32,571 bases of DNA, from the NCBI GenBank assembly GCA_949289715.1, contig CASEPJ010000155.1, positions 1 to 32,571 of the forward strand, written 5' to 3'. Origin of the DNA: an uncultured Clostridia bacterium. Its GTDB lineage: Bacteria; Bacillota; Clostridia; Christensenellales; CASEPJ01. The notes below the pieces were generated by a model, which was not told the DNA's origin, searched no databases, and saw only the letters and a list, made by a program, of their open reading frames with translations. A program made the position numbers and the translations under genes. Below, in pieces: positions 26,936-32,571 of this stretch (position 1 is the first letter of the stretch; each line of letters starts with the position of its first letter).

Positions 26936-28507
26936 ATGGATATTTTTGAGCTTTTTAAAATTTTTAACAACATTGCGGGATTACTTTTTACCGTGCTTTA
27001 CTTTTATCAATGGATATATTTATTGATAGGATTAGTATGTAAAATAAAACCCGACAATAAGGAACACCCATACCATAAATATGCGGTGATTGTAGCCGCA
27101 AGAAACGAAAGGACGGTTATAGGGCAGTTAATAGACAGTGTAAATAATCAGAATTATCCCAAAGAACTTTTAGACGTAATAGTCATAGCAGATAACTGCA
27201 CGGACGATACAGCAAGCATTGCAAGAGAAAAAGGCGCTTACGTTTTCGAAAGATTCAATAAAGAAAAAGTGGGCAAAGGCTATGCTTTAGAGTATCTGTT
27301 CGAAAAAATAAACGAAGAATTAAGCGATAAGAATTACGAGGCTTTTATTGTGCTCGATGCCGACAATCTATTATCCGTCGACTATGTTTATGAAATGAAC
27401 AAAGTTTATGACAGCGGTTATAAAGTGGTAACGAGTTACAGAAACAGCAAAAATTACGAAAACAACTGGATTTCCGCCGGATATTCTCTATGGTTTATGA
27501 GAGAAGCAAGGTATTTAAACAAACCAAGATATATTTTAAATACCTCTTGTGCAATATCCGGAACAGGTTTTTTAGTAGATAAAAAAGTCATTGACGGTTA
27601 CGGTGGATGGAAATTTCATTTGCTTATAGAAGACATCCAGTTTACCTGCCATTATGCGCTGGACGGAGGAAAAATCGGCTATGCCGAAAAAGCAGAATTT
27701 TTCGACGAACAGCCGGTGGTGTTCGCTCAGTCGTGGACGCAGCGCTTACGTTGGTCCAGAGGAATGTATCAGGTGCTGGGTCGATACGGTGGTAAACTTA
27801 TAAAAAAGATGTTCGGGAATTTTTCGTGTTTCGATATGATGATGAATATAACTCCCGCACTGATTATCAGTATTGCCACAATGATGCTTGATATTATCAT
27901 GATAATTTTAAGTTTCTTTTTGCCTACTGCCTTTACTCCTTGGGATTATACTTTAACCTTTTTAAAGGCTATTGCATTTTATTGGCTGATACTCTTTGTG
28001 GTAGGCGCCATTACGGCTATTACGGAATGGAAAAAAATCCACGTCAGACCGTTACGGAAAATATGGTCAATGTTTACATTTCCGTTTTTTATGCTGACTT
28101 ATGTACCTATTTCTTTTGCTGCAATATTTAAAAAGAATGTAGGTTGGAAACCCATTAAACATAATATCGCAAAAACGGTAGACGATATAAAAACAAATAA
28201 AAATACGGTAAAAAACAAAAAAAGAAAGAAAACTTCGGGTGAAGACCTTTGCGTGTCTGAAAAAGGTCTTGATAATACGCAAATTAAAAATCAGGAAACG
28301 GAAGAAAAAATCTGTGCGGGCGATGCTGTTTTAGCAGCTTTTTCCGAAGATGAAAAGTCCTTTTCTGAAAATTTGGATATCGAAATAGGCGATGCTGTCA
28401 GTCAAGAAAATTCAATAAAAAATGACGATGAAAATTCTGACAACGACAAATTAAACGATATTCTTTCGTCAAGTGTAAAATCGGACGAAACAGAGGAAAT
28501 TGCCTGA
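26936..28507 (+). CDS. membrane-embedded processive family-2 glycosyltransferase (PgaC/IcaA/NodC/cellulose-synthase-like) with acidic C-terminal tail
   Basis: N-terminal TM helix. VIADNCTDDT, VLDADN, IEDIQF (TED-like) and QRLRWSRG (QxxRW), then about 4 TM helices and a tail of about 115 aa rich in Asp, Glu and Ser. The ATG at 26936 is preferred over the TTG at 26921 because GGGAGAAGGA lies 4-5 nt upstream of it. Confidence 0.78.
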   Translation: MDIFELFKIFNNIAGLLFTVLYFYQWIYLLIGLVCKIKPDNKEHPYHKYAVIVAARNERTVIGQLIDSVNNQNYPKELLDVIVIADNCTDDTASIAREKGAYVFERFNKEKVGKGYALEYLFEKINEELSDKNYEAFIVLDADNLLSVDYVYEMNKVYDSGYKVVTSYRNSKNYENNWISAGYSLWFMREARYLNKPRYILNTSCAISGTGFLVDKKVIDGYGGWKFHLLIEDIQFTCHYALDGGKIGYAEKAEFFDEQPVVFAQSWTQRLRWSRGMYQVLGRYGGKLIKKMFGNFSCFDMMMNITPALIISIATMMLDIIMIILSFFLPTAFTPWDYTLTFLKAIAFYWLILFVVGAITAITEWKKIHVRPLRKIWSMFTFPFFMLTYVPISFAAIFKKNVGWKPIKHNIAKTVDDIKTNKNTVKNKKRKKTSGEDLCVSEKGLDNTQIKNQETEEKICAGDAVLAAFSEDEKSFSENLDIEIGDAVSQENSIKNDDENSDNDKLNDILSSSVKSDETEEIA

Positions 28508-28554
28508 AAACACACATTAAATGCGTAAAACAGACTATTTGGTTAAAGGGCAAT

Positions 28555-29241
28555 ATGAATAAAGTAACTATTTTCGGAGATTCCATTCTTCGGGGAGTTT
28601 TATTAAACCCTGGAGATAAAAAATATTATTTTTCCAAAAACATCGATTGGACATATATCGAAAACGCTTTGGACGTAAAAATCGAAAATCGATCCAAAAT
28701 GGGTTGCGATATAATAAAAGGAAAAAAATTTATAGAAAATTATATACAAGAAGGCAACAGACCTGATTTTGTGTTAGTGGAATATGGCGGTAACGATAGC
28801 GATTACGATTGGAAAAAAGTTGCTAATGCTCCCTCCAGAGATTACAAACCTAACACCTCTTTAGAAACTTTCGAACGGACGTTGTCGGAAATTATAAATA
28901 TATTAAGGGATGCGCAGATTCAGCCTGTATTAATGAGTTTGCCGCCTGTTATTCCGAACAGATATTTCGAATGGATTACGAGAAACGGGTTGAATAAAGA
29001 CAATTTATTATACTTTCTTGGCGACGTGGGAGTTATTTATCGCCGTCAAGAAATGTATTCCAATATGATTATAAAAGTAGCTGCTGCAAAAAACGTTCCT
29101 CTTGTGGATGTGAGGGAGGTTTTTCTCAAAGTACAGGATTATCCCTATTATATGTGTGAAGACGGAGTACATCCAAATTCTGCAGGGCATAAGCTGATTT
29201 CCGACTGTTTTATCGAGTATTTTAAAGACGGCAGCTTGTAA
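28555..29241 (+). CDS. SGNH/GDSL family hydrolase (no signal peptide)
   Basis: 228 aa. Block I TIFGDSI, block GGND, block V DGVHPN. Confidence 0.8.
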   Translation: MNKVTIFGDSILRGVLLNPGDKKYYFSKNIDWTYIENALDVKIENRSKMGCDIIKGKKFIENYIQEGNRPDFVLVEYGGNDSDYDWKKVANAPSRDYKPNTSLETFERTLSEIINILRDAQIQPVLMSLPPVIPNRYFEWITRNGLNKDNLLYFLGDVGVIYRRQEMYSNMIIKVAAAKNVPLVDVREVFLKVQDYPYYMCEDGVHPNSAGHKLISDCFIEYFKDGSL

Positions 29242-29269
29242 TCACATTTATTAGTAAGGAGATTTATAA

Positions 29270-30145
29270 ATGAAAAATATAATTGTATCGACAGAGTTAA
29301 CCTGCGATTTGTCATATGAGTTTTTAAAGGAAAACGATATTCCCGCAATCGGTATGATTTATACCGTAGACGGAGTGGATTACTGCCACGATTTCGGCAA
29401 AGAAATGGAGTTTAAAGAATTTTACGACGCAATGAGAAACGGTGCAAACGTAAAAACCAGTTTGATAAATTTAGACAGATGCGAAAAATTTTTGGAGGAA
29501 CAATTAAAAACGGGTAAAGACGTTTTACATTTAAGTTTTGCTTCGGCAACTTCGGGAACATACGATAATTTTAAAAGAGCTGCGGAAATTTTGAATGAAA
29601 AGTATGAAAATAAAGCCATGGTAGTTGATACCATGTGTCAGGCAGGCGGACAGGGCCTTATGGTTACATTGGTTAATGAATACGCAAACGAAGGACACAG
29701 TTTAAAGGAATGTTACGATTATGCCGAATCTCTAAAACACAGAATCGCACATTATTTCGTAGTAGATGATTTAAAATATCTTATGAGAGGAGGAAGAATA
29801 AGCAAAACTTCCGCAATATTGGGTACAATTTTAAAAATCAAACCGGTTTTATATACCAATAAAGATGGTTTTTTGATGTTAAAAGAAAAAGTAATGTCGA
29901 GAAAAAAATCTCTCATGCGTTTATGCGACAAAATGGCGGAAAGATATAACGGAGAGAGTCCCACGGTTTACATTTCCCACGGGGATTGCATAGACGATGC
30001 CAAATACGTTGCTAACGAAATATACAACAGAATGGGTATAGAGTGTAAGTTTTTGGAATTGTCGCCAATTATCGGCACCCATAGCGGGCCGGGAACCGTT
30101 GCGTTATTTTTTACTCAAAACAACAGAATAGACGGAGATAAATAA
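29270..30145 (+). CDS. DegV family (FakB-like fatty-acid-binding) protein
   Basis: 291 aa. YFVVDDLKYLMRGGRIS is the characteristic DegV segment. The length is typical. Confidence 0.78.
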   Translation: MKNIIVSTELTCDLSYEFLKENDIPAIGMIYTVDGVDYCHDFGKEMEFKEFYDAMRNGANVKTSLINLDRCEKFLEEQLKTGKDVLHLSFASATSGTYDNFKRAAEILNEKYENKAMVVDTMCQAGGQGLMVTLVNEYANEGHSLKECYDYAESLKHRIAHYFVVDDLKYLMRGGRISKTSAILGTILKIKPVLYTNKDGFLMLKEKVMSRKKSLMRLCDKMAERYNGESPTVYISHGDCIDDAKYVANEIYNRMGIECKFLELSPIIGTHSGPGTVALFFTQNNRIDGDK

Positions 30146-30222
30146 TATTTGCGGCACGGTCGTTTAAGTAATCAAATAATAATATAATTCAGTCTTTTTT
30201 AAACTGAATAGTTGAGGTATAA

Positions 30223-31404
30223 ATGAGAAAAGTTCTTTTCGTTATCCCGCAAATGAAAACAGCCGGTACCGAAAAAGCGTTATTGGGATTATTGGAAATT
30301 CTGCCCGCCGATAAATATCAGACAGAAATAAGAATGGTAAAGGCGCAGGGCGGGTTGCTCGGCAGTATTCAAAAAAACGTAATTGTGGACGAATTACCGC
30401 TTTCCGATAAAAATAAAAATATTTTAATGGCAGGCGGAACAAAAGCCACAATTTTAAAATATTTAAAAAAATTCAAACTGATTTCGGCAGTCAAAGTGTT
30501 TATCAATAAACGCATAAAAAAAATGCCTGTTGCCGAATTGCTTCAGCCGTTTTCTCTGTTGGCTCCTTTAAAGGAAGAGTACGACCTTGCGGTATGTTTT
30601 ACAATGCATTTCCCCTTTATAGTACAATACGTTGCAAGAAAGGTCAAAGCGAAAAAAAAGGCTGTTTGGATTCATAACGATTTTTCTACGACTTCTCTTC
30701 ATCCCGAATATATGTTGGAAGACCTTAAGCAATACGATAAAATATTTGCGGTTTCAAAACAGCTCAAACAAGAATTTATTGAAAGATGTCCCGAACTTAA
30801 AGACAAAACCGAATTATTTTATAATATAATAGATGTCAATGCAATCAAATCGGCTGCCGATGAAAATATAGAAGATTTTGAATTCGATGGCATAAAAATT
30901 CTTACCGTAGGGCGGTTGAACAAACAAAAGGGCTTGGATATTTTGATTAAAGTCGCACAAGCATTAAAAAACGACGGACTTTCGTTTAAGTGGTATATTA
31001 TAGGGGAGGGCGAACTTTATAAATCACTGAAAAAGGAAATAGAAAAAAGAGAACTGTCTTCTTATGTTTATCTTTTGGGAGTAAAAAGCAATCCCTATCC
31101 TTATTTTAAAAAATGCGATATTTACGTTCAGCCTTCAAGACACGAAGGTTATTGCACCACGGTTAACGAGGCAAGAGTGTTGTTAAAGCCTATCGTCGCA
31201 ACAGATGTGGCTGGAACCGGCGAAATGATTGAAAACGAAAAAACGGGACTTATTTGTAAAATTTCGGTAGAAGACATATATAAGGCGGTGTCCCGTCTTA
31301 TTATAGATAAAAGTTTGAGAGAAAGTTTGGTGGAAAATCTTAAAAAGACTGATTTTTCCAATTCGAATCAATTGAGTTTATTTGAGGGATTATTCGATAA
31401 TTAA
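30223..31404 (+). CDS. GT-B fold glycosyltransferase, family 4
   Basis: 393 aa. VGRLNKQKG and PSRHEGYCTTVNEA (E-x7-E). Confidence 0.85.
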   Translation: MRKVLFVIPQMKTAGTEKALLGLLEILPADKYQTEIRMVKAQGGLLGSIQKNVIVDELPLSDKNKNILMAGGTKATILKYLKKFKLISAVKVFINKRIKKMPVAELLQPFSLLAPLKEEYDLAVCFTMHFPFIVQYVARKVKAKKKAVWIHNDFSTTSLHPEYMLEDLKQYDKIFAVSKQLKQEFIERCPELKDKTELFYNIIDVNAIKSAADENIEDFEFDGIKILTVGRLNKQKGLDILIKVAQALKNDGLSFKWYIIGEGELYKSLKKEIEKRELSSYVYLLGVKSNPYPYFKKCDIYVQPSRHEGYCTTVNEARVLLKPIVATDVAGTGEMIENEKTGLICKISVEDIYKAVSRLIIDKSLRESLVENLKKTDFSNSNQLSLFEGLFDN

Positions 31405-31432
31405 TCGTTTAATGTAAAGCAGGAGAAAAATA

Positions 31433-32571
31433 TTGAAAAACGTAAATTTTGCAATAGCAGCCGTATACGTTGCTTATATGATTTTTGCCGTTTTGCTATT
31501 TGTGTATTTGCACAAATATATTTTTTCTCTGCAAAATAATTATAATTCAGTTAAAGAAGATTATAAAAAAAATTATTCATTACCTTTTAAAAGATTATGG
31601 GCTTTTGCAAAAGCAAACAAGAGAGAATTCATAACGGCGGTTTCTCTTTTTTTAGGCGGACTTTTGGTTACGTCGCTACTTTTCGGGTTGAGAAGAATAG
31701 ATGCGGTTTACGGTGGGACCGACGCTATTCAATATAAACTTTGGTATGACAATTCACGTTTCTACAAACTATTCGAATATCTGAAAGTCAGAGGGGTTGA
31801 ACCTGTTTTGGTTTTCTTTTTTTGGCTGTTTAAGAGGATGAATTTTTCCTACACAATAATTCAGGTTTTATATTATGTTTTATTTTTTACATTGACGGCT
31901 GCGCTTCTGTTGAGAATGCCCTATAAAAAAACTTTTAACGCTCGCTATATTATAATGGTCATTTTAATAATAACTTCTATGAACCTTATGAGAAACAATC
32001 TTGCGTGTTTAGTGGGCTGGCATATAATTATTTCGGTTATGAATAAAAGATTATTGCGTGCCATACTGTATTCGGTTGGTGCCGCTTTAATACATTTCAG
32101 TGCGTTGATTATCATATTTTCTGTAGTTTTTATAAAGCTTTCCGATTTTCTGGAAAAAAAATTCAAAAACATATGGGTTTTTGTTTCGGCGGTGGGCGTT
32201 GCTTTTATAGCGGTATATTTTATAATCGAAATAATGTTGAAAGTTTTGCCGTTAGGTAAATACGAAACATACATTGTGGGTTCTTTTGCCACAATTCCCA
32301 CAATTTATAAACTGTTTTTTATAGTTTTAATGTTGCTTAATTATAAGAACAATAAAGATTCGAACGTATACAGAACGGGTTTTATGCTCTTGCTTTCGAG
32401 TCTTATTATAGTTCCTTTGCAACTTAATCTCGATATTTGCTATAGAATGTTGTGTTATTACGATGTTTTATATGTAATTTTAACTCCGATATTGCTCGAT
32501 AATTATAAAAACGGCAAACCGTTTACAGAGGCTTTGGTAAATTGCGGTGTATACGGAAAGACCGTTTATGA
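31433..32571 (+). CDS. EpsG-like / Wzy-like polytopic membrane protein (putative polysaccharide polymerase), 3' partial
   Basis: Open frame from TTG 31433 (AGGAGA 7 nt upstream) to the window edge; not in the ORF track because it has no stop. Highly hydrophobic. The segment MRNNLACLVGWHIIISV...AALIHFSALI resembles the EpsG R..xA / H-x-S-A pattern. Confidence 0.55.
   Translation, partial: MKNVNFAIAAVYVAYMIFAVLLFVYLHKYIFSLQNNYNSVKEDYKKNYSLPFKRLWAFAKANKREFITAVSLFLGGLLVTSLLFGLRRIDAVYGGTDAIQYKLWYDNSRFYKLFEYLKVRGVEPVLVFFFWLFKRMNFSYTIIQVLYYVLFFTLTAALLLRMPYKKTFNARYIIMVILIITSMNLMRNNLACLVGWHIIISVMNKRLLRAILYSVGAALIHFSALIIIFSVVFIKLSDFLEKKFKNIWVFVSAVGVAFIAVYFIIEIMLKVLPLGKYETYIVGSFATIPTIYKLFFIVLMLLNYKNNKDSNVYRTGFMLLLSSLIIVPLQLNLDICYRMLCYYDVLYVILTPILLDNYKNGKPFTEALVNCGVYGKTVY

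Noticed and set aside
31945-32301. 118-aa minus-strand ORF near the window end.
   Set aside because: It lies opposite the long open + frame (31433 to the window end), which has an RBS and a coherent polytopic membrane profile. This is an antisense shadow.
1-32571. Mobile elements, prophage, defence islands (RM, Abi, CBASS, TA and similar), secondary-metabolite clusters.
   Set aside because: No transposase, integrase or recombinase, no terminal inverted repeats, no nuclease, methylase or cyclase signatures, and no compositional break were visible. The CPBP protease has no neighbouring bacteriocin-type genes.

Overview
This is a low-GC chromosomal segment that looks Firmicutes/Clostridia-like (G+C by eye about one third, not computed). 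It carries 26 protein-coding genes, all on the + strand and tightly packed (by my tally about 3.5 kb of spacers, mostly a few AT-rich ones of 300-460 bp).

The content is almost entirely core housekeeping:
- Start of window to tadA: an ACT/UPF0210 pair, pepF, dnaB, glnS, rlmH, an M14 peptidase, a GNAT and tadA.
- Middle of the window: a glmU-like gene followed by prs, SAM-I riboswitch-metK, recD2-comFC, secA, prfB (classic +1 frameshift) and tsaD.
- End of window: a polysaccharide block (processive GT2 synthase, SGNH hydrolase, DegV, GT4, partial EpsG-like polymerase) that runs off the end.

I see no rRNA, tRNA, CRISPR array, transposase, integrase, phage gene or recognisable defence or toxin-antitoxin module. 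I cannot point to a clear self-contained novel multi-gene system.

The observations most worth a second look are:
1. A syntenic glmU ortholog whose uridyltransferase half is shortened and has lost its signature motifs.
2. Three Shine-Dalgarno-less starts that each sit exactly 8 nt after a TAAAAT -10 box, which makes them candidate leaderless mRNAs.
3. Two membrane proteins about 5 kb apart with Asn/Tyr/Pro-rich prion-like low-complexity regions. One is built from six near-perfect 36-nt tandem repeats.
4. A small unknown ORF translationally coupled to dnaB, alongside a C-terminally extended DnaB.
5. A recurrent CGAT(T)ATAA / AATCGATT palindromic word in the AT-rich spacers.

All protein calls rest on motif recognition by eye in the supplied translations. 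No database search was run.
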